Shown: in pieces, positions 9,298 through 17,926 of the stretch
How positions within the stretch are numbered: the first letter of the stretch is position 1
Layout: the number at the start of each line of letters is the position of its first letter
Assembly (NCBI GenBank): GCA_023140385.1
Contig: JAGLLT010000008.1
Location: 1 to 50,134, forward strand
DNA from: Candidatus Omnitrophota bacterium
Lineage (GTDB): Bacteria > Omnitrophota > Gorgyraeia > JAGLLT01
DNA length: 50,134 nucleotides
Reading direction: 5' to 3'
Translations under genes and position numbers: made by a program
Notes under the pieces: generated by a model
Database searches by the model: none
Told to the model about the DNA's origin: nothing
What the model saw: the letters and a program-made list of their open reading frames with translations, nothing else

Positions 9298-10488
9298 ATG
9301 GTGAATTTGAAGCGGCTGGTAACGCCAAAAAAATTAAAGGTATATTTGCTTTCAACAGGGCATTTGGTTCATGATATTTATACAAGTTTTCTGTCCCCGG
9401 TACTTCCTTTGTTGATCGAAAAATTTTCGTTGACATATACGCTTGCCGCTTGTCTTAGGCTGGCGATACGGATTCCAAGTATATTGAACCCTTTTATCGG
9501 GCATATTGCCGATGGAGTAGGATTGAAATATTTTGTGGCTTTGGCTCCGGCGATTACCGCGATCGCGATGAGTTTGATAGGCAAAGCGCCCAATTATTTG
9601 AGCATTGTAATACTGCTTATTGTTGCCGGATTGAGTTCTTCTTTTTTTCATGTTCCCGCGCCGGTTATCCTTAAAAGAATTTCAGGCCGGAAACTGGGAA
9701 TGAGTATGAGCAGTTTTCAGATTGGCGGTGAGCTCTCGAGAACGATCGGCCCGATCATTGTCGTAGGCGCGATAAGCCTTTGGGGTTTCGCGGGGATATA
9801 TAGATTAATGCCTTTGGGTATAGTCATATCGATTGTTTTATTATTAAAATTAAAAGATGAAAAAATTCCCCAGCATAGATCAAAAAAATATAACTTCAAA
9901 AAATCGATCACAAAAACCCTGAAACAGGGGAAAATGCTGATTTTTGCCTTGTTGGGAATCATTTTGATTAAATCATTTACCGCTTCTGTAGTATCCGCTT
10001 TTTTACCTACATATTTGAGTTTTAAGGGATATAGTTTGTGGATGGCGGGAGGAGCGCTTTCTATCCTCCAGGCGGCGGCAATAATAGGGGTATTGCTTAC
10101 CGGTACGATATCAGACATGATAGGAAGAAAACGGTTGTTGATTATTGTTACTTTCTGTTCTCCCCTGGCAATGCTGCTTTTTTTGATTGGGGCCAAACAC
10201 GCCCTTATTCCTGTAGTGATATTACTGGGCCTGATCTCATTTTCCAGTACCCCGGTGATATTGGCCTTGATCCAGGAAAGTAATTTTAAGTATCCTTCGA
10301 TTGCCAATGGAATATATATGACCATAAGTTTTCTTTTAAGTTCAATTATTGTGCTGTTTTTTGGAAAGGTTTCCGATATGTTCGGGATGGAAAAAGCTTT
10401 TTTTATTTCGGGGATATGTTCTTTTATAGGGTTGCCGCTGGTTTTTTGTATTCCCGGGGAGAAACAATTCGGGGGACACACCACCTAA
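9298..10488 (+). CDS. MFS transporter, fosmidomycin-resistance (Fsr)-like
   Basis: GHLVHDIY, about 12 hydrophobic segments, GTISDMIGRK motif A, FHVPA. Confidence 0.85.
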   Translation: MVNLKRLVTPKKLKVYLLSTGHLVHDIYTSFLSPVLPLLIEKFSLTYTLAACLRLAIRIPSILNPFIGHIADGVGLKYFVALAPAITAIAMSLIGKAPNYLSIVILLIVAGLSSSFFHVPAPVILKRISGRKLGMSMSSFQIGGELSRTIGPIIVVGAISLWGFAGIYRLMPLGIVISIVLLLKLKDEKIPQHRSKKYNFKKSITKTLKQGKMLIFALLGIILIKSFTASVVSAFLPTYLSFKGYSLWMAGGALSILQAAAIIGVLLTGTISDMIGRKRLLIIVTFCSPLAMLLFLIGAKHALIPVVILLGLISFSSTPVILALIQESNFKYPSIANGIYMTISFLLSSIIVLFFGKVSDMFGMEKAFFISGICSFIGLPLVFCIPGEKQFGGHTT

Positions 10489-10537
10489 CTACCCCCACCA
10501 CACTTTCCTCTGAATGGCCATATAATGTTGATTCCTT

Positions 10538-10605
10538 TTAACTGTTATCCACCTACGAGGAGAGACGCCTATGTCCCACCTCGTAGGTGGGCCGCGGGTG
10601 TAATT
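10538..10605. repeat. Palindromic repeat (CCACCTACGAGG...CCTCGTAGGTGG), copy 1
   Basis: 12 bp inverted repeat; near-identical direct copy at 12107-12175. Confidence 0.85.
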
Positions 10606-10682
10606 AGGATTCGGAGTTAGTAAATAGCTTGGTTGTAGAAATGAAACTTGACAAAGTTAATCATTATATGTTATATTCTAAT

Positions 10683-10714
10683 GTAGGAAAGTAGGAAAGT
10701 AGGAAAGTAGGAAA
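10683..10714 (+). repeat. (GTAGGAAA)4 tandem repeat between promoter and RBS
   Basis: Four exact 8-mers; TTGACA at 10648 upstream, GAGGAGG downstream. Confidence 0.9.
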
Positions 10715-10727
10715 AGAGGAGGAAATA

Positions 10728-10982
10728 ATGCAAGAAATTTTAACTGTTAATCCGAAAGGCCAAGTAACTATTCCCAACGCGGTAAGAAAGTGCTATTTGA
10801 GAGGTATCCGTTATGTAGAATTAAAAACTACGCCTAAGGGGATTTTACTTATTCCTGTAGAGATAAAGGAGAAAGCTCCTTATACAAAAGAGGAGTGGAA
10901 AAAGATAGAGAAGTTAGCTTCTCAAAAGGGAAAAACATACAAATCTTCCAAATCCGCCAAAAAGCATATTGACTTTTTATGA
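10728..10982 (+). CDS. AbrB/MazE/SpoVT family antitoxin-like DNA-binding protein
   Basis: TVNPKGQVTIPNAVR signature, GILLIP. Confidence 0.85.
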   Translation: MQEILTVNPKGQVTIPNAVRKCYLRGIRYVELKTTPKGILLIPVEIKEKAPYTKEEWKKIEKLASQKGKTYKSSKSAKKHIDFL

Positions 10983-11075
10983 TTACCTATGAGTTTAAGA
11001 ATTCCGTATTAAAAGATTTTTGAGAGAAAAAATTAAGTAAAATAAGGGATTTTATCTGTTGGAAGCGGGAAATAG
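10979..11075 (+). pseudogene. Probable RelE/ParE-type toxin remnant
   Basis: ATGA overlap with antitoxin stop; MITYEFKNSVLKDF* followed by out-of-context GFYLLEAGNR, resembling RelE N- and C-termini. Confidence 0.4.
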
Positions 11076-11153
11076 AAAAAAGCTAAAATTTTCTAAAAAA
11101 TATCTTGCGTTCCGACGGTTTTAGTATTATTATGATATACATAATTTAAAATA

Positions 11154-11227
11154 GTCCTGTGTTCGAAGGGGGAACCTGGACTTTAAAACCAGCTCTGTTG
11201 GTCCCGAACCGTTTAATCGGGGAGGGA
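11154..11227 (+). ncRNA. Candidate structured 5' leader RNA (family unassigned)
   Basis: GC-rich island with GTTCG/CGAAC, GGGGAACC/GGTCCC, CTGG/CCAG and CCG/CGG pairings, directly before a terminator. Confidence 0.4.
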
Positions 11228-11231
11228 AAGT

Positions 11232-11272
11232 AAAACCTTCGTTGGTAAACTATAACCAGCGGAGGTTTTTTG
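11232..11272 (+). terminator. Intrinsic terminator in leader of ORF 11292
   Basis: AAAACCTTCGTTGGT-loop-ACCAGCGGAGGTTTT followed by T tract. Confidence 0.75.
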
Positions 11273-11291
11273 TTTATATAGGAGGTACAAA

Positions 11292-11933
11292 ATGAAAAAA
11301 ATATTTATTATTTTAATTCTTAGTATATTGGTATCTACCTTTCCTTCTTTCAAGGCGGTAGGAGGTGGTTTTGAGGATGCGCAGCCAGAAAACAAAGAGT
11401 GGGATGTTCGCACTACAAGCGATATAGTAAGATATGCATCTCATGGAAATATTATATATGGACATGAATTTGGTTTTATTAAAAAAGCTGGTAATAATGT
11501 GGATATGCTGTGGATTTCATGGTCGACAAGTGAAGATGGGTTAGAGCAGTTTAAGGGAAAAAACTGTACTTTTTTAATTGATATTGATGGCGAATTGTTT
11601 GAAGTTGAATTATGTATGGTGGGCGTCTATGAACTTACAACTCTAACAACTGTTGTCTTTTTTACTAATGGTATAGCAAGCCCAAAGTTGATTAAAGCTC
11701 TTGAGGAAGGTGAACTGGCAAATATAGAAATAGTTGGCCCAAAAAAAATATTAGACTATTTTGATATTCCTTCTGATTCATTTAATATAGACGGATATGT
11801 GGAAGGTAGGCAGAAAGCAAAGAAACTTTTTGAAGAGTTAAAATCTCAAAAAGAGAAGAAAGCTGACGAAGAGAAAATTGATAGAGGATTATGCCAAAGA
11901 GCGAAAATGGATTTAAGGTTAGGAGGCACTTGA
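11292..11933 (+). CDS. Hypothetical secreted protein
   Basis: AGGAGG RBS, signal-peptide-like N-terminus. Confidence 0.7.
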   Translation: MKKIFIILILSILVSTFPSFKAVGGGFEDAQPENKEWDVRTTSDIVRYASHGNIIYGHEFGFIKKAGNNVDMLWISWSTSEDGLEQFKGKNCTFLIDIDGELFEVELCMVGVYELTTLTTVVFFTNGIASPKLIKALEEGELANIEIVGPKKILDYFDIPSDSFNIDGYVEGRQKAKKLFEELKSQKEKKADEEKIDRGLCQRAKMDLRLGGT

Positions 11934-12106
11934 ATTAGAATCCGGCCATGAAGAAATGAAGCAGGATTTGGCTTTGATAGAAGAGGCTATGAACAAACAA
12001 CGGGGTCAGGCACTGAAACGTGAAATAGATTGACAAAGGTATAAATCTCAAAAACGTCCTTCCTCAACCCTATCCTATATATTCTTGATTTTGCCCCGAA
12101 TGACAA

Positions 12107-12175
12107 TTAACCGTTATCCACCCACGAGGAGGGACACCTATGTCCCACCTCGTAGGTGGGACAGCGGGTGTAATT
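12107..12175. repeat. Palindromic repeat, copy 2 of 10538-10605
   Basis: GTTATCCACC.ACGAGGAG.GAC.CCTATGTCCCACCTCGTAGGTGGG...GCGGGTGTAATT. Confidence 0.85.
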
Positions 12176-12266
12176 CACTTGCTTTTTGGGATAGTCTTTG
12201 GTATAAATAGATGTGTTGGGTGGGTTGAATCTTGAGAGGATGAGAACTTAAGAAAGGAAAAAGATT

Positions 12267-13217
12267 ATGTATAGACCGGAAATAAAAGTATTAGACTGTA
12301 CTATCAGGGATGGGGGGCTCATTAATAATCACAACTTTGACCACAAATTCGTTAAAGATGTTTATAGGGCTATTTCTGCTTCAGGGGTAGACTATATTGA
12401 ATTGGGCTACAAAAATTCTAAAGAGCTTTTTTCGTCCGAGGAATACGGTTATTGGAAGTTCTGTGAAGATGACGAAATTGAAAAAATCAAAGAGGGTGTT
12501 GAGTCTAACGCAAAAGTAGCAGTTATGGTAGATGTTGGCCGCGTGAATTTAGATGACGTGAAGCCGGCTTCCGAAAGCCCGGTTGATATGATTAGAACGG
12601 CTACTTATGTAAAAGATATTGATAAAGCTATATTTATGGCTAATCATTTTTATGAAAAAGGATATGAGACTACGCTTAATATTATGGCCATTTCCCGCGA
12701 CAGAGGTCTAGAGCTAACGGATGCCCTGAAGCAGATAGAAAAAGAAAGCCACGTAGTAGCTGTCTATATAGTTGATAGTTTCGGCGCCTTGTATCAGGAA
12801 ACGACTGAAGAGCTGGTTAAAAGATACAAGAGTATATTAAGGAACAAGGAAGTGGGTTTTCACGGCCACAACAATCAACAACTTGGTTTTGGTAATACCA
12901 TTGAAGCCATTATTCATGGCGCCAACTATCTTGATGCTACAATTTACGGCATAGGCCGCGCGGCCGGCAACTGCCCGCTAGAACTATTAGTTGGTTTCTT
13001 AAAGAATCCAAAGTTTGATATACGCCCTATTTTAGACTTGATTTCAAAAGAATTTATTCCCCTAAGAGAGAAGATGGAATGGGGATATATCATTCCTTAC
13101 GCTATCTCAGGTATTATGGGTGAACATCCAAGGGCTGCCATGGCTCTTCGAAAAAGCGATAAGAAAGAAAATTATCGCGAGTTTTATGAAAGCCTGACTA
13201 ATACCGGACTTGATTAA
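12267..13217 (+). CDS. DRE-TIM (HMGL-like) aldolase catalytic domain protein, 4-hydroxy-2-oxovalerate aldolase-like
   Basis: LDCTIRDGG, VDSFG, HGHNN, GIGRAAGNCPLE. Confidence 0.88.
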   Translation: MYRPEIKVLDCTIRDGGLINNHNFDHKFVKDVYRAISASGVDYIELGYKNSKELFSSEEYGYWKFCEDDEIEKIKEGVESNAKVAVMVDVGRVNLDDVKPASESPVDMIRTATYVKDIDKAIFMANHFYEKGYETTLNIMAISRDRGLELTDALKQIEKESHVVAVYIVDSFGALYQETTEELVKRYKSILRNKEVGFHGHNNQQLGFGNTIEAIIHGANYLDATIYGIGRAAGNCPLELLVGFLKNPKFDIRPILDLISKEFIPLREKMEWGYIIPYAISGIMGEHPRAAMALRKSDKKENYREFYESLTNTGLD

Positions 13218-13219
13218 TC

Positions 13220-13846
13220 ATGGACATTAATCAATTCAAGCAGCTTCCTATAATGGGAATACTGCGCGGAATTGATGAAAAAGCTATTGAGCCGCTCACC
13301 GAAAGCATTATTGCCTCCGGCCTAAAGACGGTTGAGATTACCATGAACACCAATGGCGCTGCCGGGTTAATCCGGAAGATGGCCGAGGTGTCAAAGGGCC
13401 GCCTGACTATTGGGGCAGGTACAGTGCTTACCCCTGACGTCCTAAAAGAGGCAATTGATGCCGGAGCTACCTTCATAGTTTCACCTACCTTAATTAAAGA
13501 TGTAGTTGAATATTGCGCGAAAAACAGTATACCTGTTTTTCCGGGAGCACTTACCCCTCAGGAAATATATAATGCCTGGAATATGGGAGCCGCGATGGTC
13601 AAGGTCTTTCCGGCTAAATTCTTCGGGCCGGCCTACTTTAAAGAAGTCAAAGCTCCTTTTAATAATATAGAGCTTTTAGCCTGCGGCGGAGTTAATAAGG
13701 ATAATATAAAAGAGTTTTTTAATAATAAAGCCTCGGCTGTAGCCTTCGGAGCAAGTATCTTTAAGCAGGATTTAATTAAAGAAGGCAGATTTGAAGAGAT
13801 AGCAGAAGCAATAACCGCATTAATTAAGGCGTATAAAGCTGATTGA
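13220..13846 (+). CDS. eda: KDPG/KHG aldolase
   Basis: VEIT, GAGTVL, FIVSP, PGALTPQE, VKVFPA, CGGV. Confidence 0.92.
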   Translation: MDINQFKQLPIMGILRGIDEKAIEPLTESIIASGLKTVEITMNTNGAAGLIRKMAEVSKGRLTIGAGTVLTPDVLKEAIDAGATFIVSPTLIKDVVEYCAKNSIPVFPGALTPQEIYNAWNMGAAMVKVFPAKFFGPAYFKEVKAPFNNIELLACGGVNKDNIKEFFNNKASAVAFGASIFKQDLIKEGRFEEIAEAITALIKAYKAD

Positions 13847-13857
13847 TAGCATTTAAG

Positions 13858-14040
13858 ATCTCTCACCCGTCTTTGACGAGTTCGAGATCCAATTTGTTTG
13901 TTAGTGTGTACTTAAAATATCTCTCACCGGCCTTTGGCAGGTTCGAGATCCAATTTGTTTGTTAAAATTGTACCTAAAATATCTCTCACCCGTCTTTGAC
14001 GAGTTCGAGATCCAATTTGTTTGCTAAAATTGTACAAATT
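13858..14040 (+). repeat. Three tandem 60-62 bp hairpin-containing repeats abutting tRNA-Ser(CGA)
   Basis: Units at 13858, 13919, 13981: ATCTCTCACC-hairpin-GTTCGAGATCCAATTTGTTTG...TGTAC. Confidence 0.92.
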
Positions 14041-14131
14041 GGAGAGATGCCAGAGCCCGGTTTATCGGGGCCGCCTCGAAAGCGGCTGTCCGCTTTGCGG
14101 ACCGGGGGTTCGAATCCTCCTCTCTCCGCCA
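14041..14131 (+). tRNA. tRNA-Ser(CGA)
   Basis: GGAGAGA/TCTCTCC acceptor, GCCGC-CTCGAAA-GCGGC anticodon arm, long variable arm, GTTCGAATC, CCA. Confidence 0.95.
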
Positions 14132-14174
14132 TTCTGCTTCGCCAAGCTACTTTCGTGTTTGGCTTCGCAGGAAT
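14132..14174 (+). repeat. Post-tRNA palindromic element, CTTCG family
   Basis: TTCTGCTTCGCCAAGCTACTTTCGTGTTTGGCTTCGCAGGAAT, near-identical to 9149-9190. Confidence 0.9.
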
Positions 14175-14192
14175 TGGCCTTTTGGTAAAAGT

Positions 14193-14435
14193 ATGTATAT
14201 TGTATATATCCTTGTAAGTAGAAAAGATTATAGCCGTTATTATATAGGTATTACGCAAGATTTAAATAGGCGGTTAAGGGAGCATAATAGCGAGCGCGCT
14301 GCTTACGCTAAAAGATATGCTCCATGGGAAATAGAAACTTATATAAGCTTTAAGAATAAACGCCTTGCCGAAGAGTTTGAAAAGTATTTAAAAGCAGGCT
14401 CCGGACATGCTTTTTTAAAAAGAAGGCTTATATAG
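14193..14435 (+). CDS. Stand-alone GIY-YIG nuclease (80 aa)
   Basis: VYIL...YYIG, RRLREHN, PW, FEKYLK. Confidence 0.9.
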   Translation: MYIVYILVSRKDYSRYYIGITQDLNRRLREHNSERAAYAKRYAPWEIETYISFKNKRLAEEFEKYLKAGSGHAFLKRRLI

Positions 14436-14545
14436 AATAAAAGGCAAAGTAGAATGGTGATTATAAACAGGAAAGAGGGTTTTGGGGGAAGTAGTATTTT
14501 ATCACAATAAAGTGATACCTATTATAATAGAGAAAGAATTGATTA

Positions 14546-15649
14546 ATGAAAGCAGAAAATAGTATTCCCGCATTAAAAATCGGTAATTTGGAAGCTCGGG
14601 TTCCCATAGTTCAGGGAGGTATGGGGGTTGGTATTTCGGGTGCCAACCTGGCCTCCGCGGTCGCCAATGAAGGAGCCATAGGAGTAATTTCATCTGTGGG
14701 ACTGGGGATATTTGATAGTGATGTAAAAACTAGTTTTGCCGAAGCTAATAAGCAGGCCTTAATTGATGAAATCAGGCGAGCTAGAAGCATGACCAAGGGT
14801 ATTTTAGGTGTGAATATTATGCTTGCTCTTACCGATCATGCCAAGCATGTAAGGGCGGCAATCGATGAAAAAATCGATATAGTTTTTCTTGGCGCCGGGC
14901 TCCCTCTAAAAAATTTTGTAGATATGTCAATCAGTGAACTTAAAAAATTACACACAAAATTCGCGCCCAAGGTTTCTTCCGCCAGGGCCGCGGATCTTAT
15001 TTTTAAACACTGGGCCAAGAATTACAATCATGTGCCCGATGCCTTGGTGGTGGAAGGCCCTTTAGCCGGAGGCCATTTGGGCTTTAAAAAAGAAGACCTT
15101 GATAAGCCGGAATTTTCTTTGGAGAAAATAGTTCAAGCTTGTGTAAGCTGCCTGAAGCCTTATGAGGAACGTTTTAAGAAAATTATTCCTGTAATTGCTG
15201 CCGGAGGTATTTATACGGGCGCGGATATATATAAGTTTCTGCGAATGGGCGCGGGAGCAGTTAAAATGGGTACGCGTTTTGTGGCCACATATGAATGTGA
15301 CGCGGCTGATGAATTTAAGCAAATGTATGTAGACTGCAAAAAGGAAGATATTACTGTAATTGATAGCCCGCTGGGTTTGCCCGGAAGAGCTATTGTTAAT
15401 AAATTTATCACTGATGTAAGAAGCGGCCTGAAGAAACCTTTTGAGTGCTTGTGGAAGTGCCTTAAAATGTGTGATTATACAAAAGCTCCATACTGCATTG
15501 GCCAGGCTTTGTATAACGCGAAAATGGGAAACCTAAAGGATGGCTTCGCGTTCGCGGGAGCCAACGCTTACAGGATAAAAGAAATCATTTCAGTAAAAGA
15601 CCTTATAGAGACGCTTTTAAAAGAATATAAACTTGCCGCCGGAGTATAA
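14546..15649 (+). CDS. Nitronate monooxygenase/FabK family flavin oxidoreductase
   Basis: PIVQGGMGVG, EGPLAGGHLG, IAAGGI, MGTRF. Confidence 0.9.
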   Translation: MKAENSIPALKIGNLEARVPIVQGGMGVGISGANLASAVANEGAIGVISSVGLGIFDSDVKTSFAEANKQALIDEIRRARSMTKGILGVNIMLALTDHAKHVRAAIDEKIDIVFLGAGLPLKNFVDMSISELKKLHTKFAPKVSSARAADLIFKHWAKNYNHVPDALVVEGPLAGGHLGFKKEDLDKPEFSLEKIVQACVSCLKPYEERFKKIIPVIAAGGIYTGADIYKFLRMGAGAVKMGTRFVATYECDAADEFKQMYVDCKKEDITVIDSPLGLPGRAIVNKFITDVRSGLKKPFECLWKCLKMCDYTKAPYCIGQALYNAKMGNLKDGFAFAGANAYRIKEIISVKDLIETLLKEYKLAAGV

Positions 15650-15720
15650 AAGCTAAAGTTGTTGCCTTGCCCATCTTAATTATTGGTGTAGTTGAAGCCG
15701 ATAAAAAGGAGGCGATGAAA

Positions 15721-16152
15721 ATGATATTGACCAGTCCGAACTTTCAGAATAACGGCGTTATTCCCGCGAAATTTACCTGCCAGGGAGAAGATGTTAATCC
15801 GACGATGGTTATTGATGGGACTCCCGAAGGAACCAAAAGCATGGCTTTAATTGTTGATGATCCGGATGCTCCCGGGAAGACATGGGTACACTGGGTTGTT
15901 TTTGATATTCCGGCCGCTCAGAAGATTGATGAAAACAGCGTTCCGGGGAAGCAGGGTGTTAATGATTTTGGCCTAAGAGACTATAGAGGACCCTGCCCGC
16001 CATCCGGTACCCACCGTTACTTTTTCAAGATATATGCCCTTGATAAAATCCTTGGCCTAAAGGAAGGTATAAGCAAAGAGGAGTTGGAGGAGGCCATTGA
16101 GGGACATGTGCTGGATAAGGTTCAACTGATAGGTTTGTATAAAAAACAATAA
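15721..16152 (+). CDS. YbhB/YbcL family PEBP protein
   Basis: DDPDAP, WVHWVV, GPCPPSGTHRYFF; start chosen from AAGGAGG spacing. Confidence 0.92.
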   Translation: MILTSPNFQNNGVIPAKFTCQGEDVNPTMVIDGTPEGTKSMALIVDDPDAPGKTWVHWVVFDIPAAQKIDENSVPGKQGVNDFGLRDYRGPCPPSGTHRYFFKIYALDKILGLKEGISKEELEEAIEGHVLDKVQLIGLYKKQ

Positions 16153-16176
16153 CTGCCGCCTAACTTTCATATTTTT

Positions 16177-16204
16177 GAAACTTTTAACGAAAAAGATTGT
16201 CTAA
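16177..16204 (+). promoter_or_regulatory. ECF sigma promoter (autoregulatory)
   Basis: GAAACTTTT...GTCTAA with 17 bp between AAC and GTCTA; same motif at 17899. Confidence 0.7.
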
Positions 16205-16209
16205 TATAA

Positions 16210-16809
16210 ATGGATAGAGAAGATTCTTATATTGAGAGGGATGACACAGCGTTGATTCAGGCTTTTCAGGCTGATGAAGAGGAGGCCTTTGATAAGCTGG
16301 TTATAAAGCATAAGAACAGGGTTTTTAATTTATGTTATCGTTTTGTAGGCAGTTACGAAGAAGCGGACGACTGTGCCCAGGAAACCTTTGTAAAGGTTTA
16401 TCGTTCTTTAAAGAAGTTTAAATTCAAATCGGCCTTTTCGACGTGGCTCTATGCTATAACGGTTAATACCTGTAAGAATAAACTTTCATCCTTAGAGTAC
16501 CGGTACAAAAAAAAGATGGTGCGGCTTGACGGCCCTAAGGGCGGAGAAGATGGTGTTTATCGGGTTGAGGTGCAAGATGAGTCTATGTCTCCCCGGGTTG
16601 AAATTGAGAGGAAAGAGAAGAAGGGCTTGATTCAGAAAGCGATAGACTCCCTGCCGGAACAGCAAAAGGTGGTAGTAGTCCTGCGTGATATTGAAGGGCT
16701 GTCTTATGAAGAGATAGCCGAGGTAGCCGGTTTTAAGCCGGGTACTGTAAAGTCAAAACTTGCCAGGGCGCGGCAGCAGCTCAGGGAAAAGCTAAAAGGG
16801 TTGATATAA
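16210..16809 (+). CDS. ECF RNA polymerase sigma-70 factor
   Basis: DCAQETF, FSTWLYAITVN, GLSYEEIA, GTVKSKLARAR. Confidence 0.95.
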   Translation: MDREDSYIERDDTALIQAFQADEEEAFDKLVIKHKNRVFNLCYRFVGSYEEADDCAQETFVKVYRSLKKFKFKSAFSTWLYAITVNTCKNKLSSLEYRYKKKMVRLDGPKGGEDGVYRVEVQDESMSPRVEIERKEKKGLIQKAIDSLPEQQKVVVVLRDIEGLSYEEIAEVAGFKPGTVKSKLARARQQLREKLKGLI

Positions 16810-17871
16810 ATGAATTGTAATGAGATTAAAAAACTTTTATCCGAATATATTGACGGGGCCTTAGAAGCAGACGAAAAGGCGGTTGTAGAGGAGCACCTTG
16901 CTTCCTGCGAAAAGTGTTCGGAAGAAGCTGCCTTATTAAAAGCCTGCGTTGAAAAGATTGGCTCCTTAGAAAAAATTGAGGCGCCGGAGGAGTTTCTGAA
17001 GAAGGTTAAGGAGCGTGTTGAGCGCCGCTCCGTCTTTCAGGAAATGATGCGCGGGCTGTTCGTGCCCGTTAGGATAAAAATTCCTTTAGAGTTGGCCGGC
17101 GTAGCGGTAAGTGTGGTCTTAGTTATTCTTATTTTAAATACTACTCAGCCGCAAAAGCAAATCGCGAGTTTGCCTCAACCAACCGATTCTATGCGTGCAC
17201 CGAACCCTACGTGGTTCGGTGCCGGAGAAGGATTAGCTGGAAAGAGGCCTGAGGAGGACAGTATAAGAGTTGCCTCAAAAGAAGTAAAGAAGCCGCCGTT
17301 AGTCATAAAAGAAGAACTGCTTTCTTATTCAAGAGGTGTTTTAGAAGATGAAAAAGATTCTAGGATAAGGCCGGAAGAAAAACCGATCGAGCTGGCGCTT
17401 TTGATAAGGCCAAAGGATGTTGGCAGTAAGGGCTACTCGGACGCGGCGCTGGACAGTTCATTAGCAGGCTTTGATTATGATGGTTATGAGGAGATAGCTC
17501 CAGCTCCGGGCAGTTATTTAGAGCAGTCAATTAGAGGAGATCACTCGGCGATTGATAAAGCGGACTTAGGCCTTGCGGTTGTAGATAGTGAGGAAGAGAG
17601 ACAAAAAGAAGTAGCCCTATCAGATATACAGAAGTCATATCTTGAAATTAAAAAACTAGTCGAGATTGCAAAAGGAGAAATCATATCTGTAAGCTATAAT
17701 GAAAATACAAATGAACCCCAAGCAATAACTATAAACCTTCCCGTGGAAAACAGCAGTTTGTTCTTAGATAATTTGAACCAACTGGGTGAACTACAAAGTC
17801 CCCCTTCCTTTGCCCCGGCAGAAGGCGAAAGATTAATTCGCCTGCGAATACAGCTTATACCCGCCAACTGA
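16810..17871 (+). CDS. Zinc-finger (zf-HC2) anti-sigma factor, membrane anchored
   Basis: C...HLASCEKC (HxxxCxxC), one TM segment, directly coupled to the sigma gene. Confidence 0.88.
   Translation: MNCNEIKKLLSEYIDGALEADEKAVVEEHLASCEKCSEEAALLKACVEKIGSLEKIEAPEEFLKKVKERVERRSVFQEMMRGLFVPVRIKIPLELAGVAVSVVLVILILNTTQPQKQIASLPQPTDSMRAPNPTWFGAGEGLAGKRPEEDSIRVASKEVKKPPLVIKEELLSYSRGVLEDEKDSRIRPEEKPIELALLIRPKDVGSKGYSDAALDSSLAGFDYDGYEEIAPAPGSYLEQSIRGDHSAIDKADLGLAVVDSEEERQKEVALSDIQKSYLEIKKLVEIAKGEIISVSYNENTNEPQAITINLPVENSSLFLDNLNQLGELQSPPSFAPAEGERLIRLRIQLIPAN
17197..17222 (-). repeat. GTAC-family palindrome inside the anti-sigma CDS
   Basis: GCACCGAACC-CTACGT-GGTTCGGTGC; reverse complement matches the post-tRNA hairpins including the ACGTAG loop. 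Confidence 0.75.
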
Positions 17872-17898
17872 TACATCAAGCAACAATTCAAATTTTTT

Positions 17899-17926
17899 GG
17901 AACTTTTTCGTTTCCTTCTTGTCTAA
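17899..17926 (+). promoter_or_regulatory. ECF sigma promoter upstream of alpha-2-macroglobulin
   Basis: GGAACTTTT...GTCTAA, same spacing as 16177. Confidence 0.7.

Noticed and set aside
9717-10484. 255 aa minus-strand ORF and the other minus-strand ORFs in the track
   Set aside because: They lie antisense to well-supported plus-strand genes or over repeats, with no recognisable motifs.
11183-11199. CTGGACTTTAAAACCAG resembling a tRNA-Sec anticodon arm
   Set aside because: No acceptor stem, correctly placed T-arm or CCA; kept only as part of the candidate leader RNA.
13858-14040. Possible CRISPR array
   Set aside because: Inter-repeat segments are homologous to each other rather than unique spacers, and no cas genes are in the window.
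13986-14258. ORFs 13986..14258(-) and 13996..14217(+); likewise 26066..26278, 28576..28839 and 44884..45096
   Set aside because: Shadow ORFs over tRNA genes, att sites and repeats.
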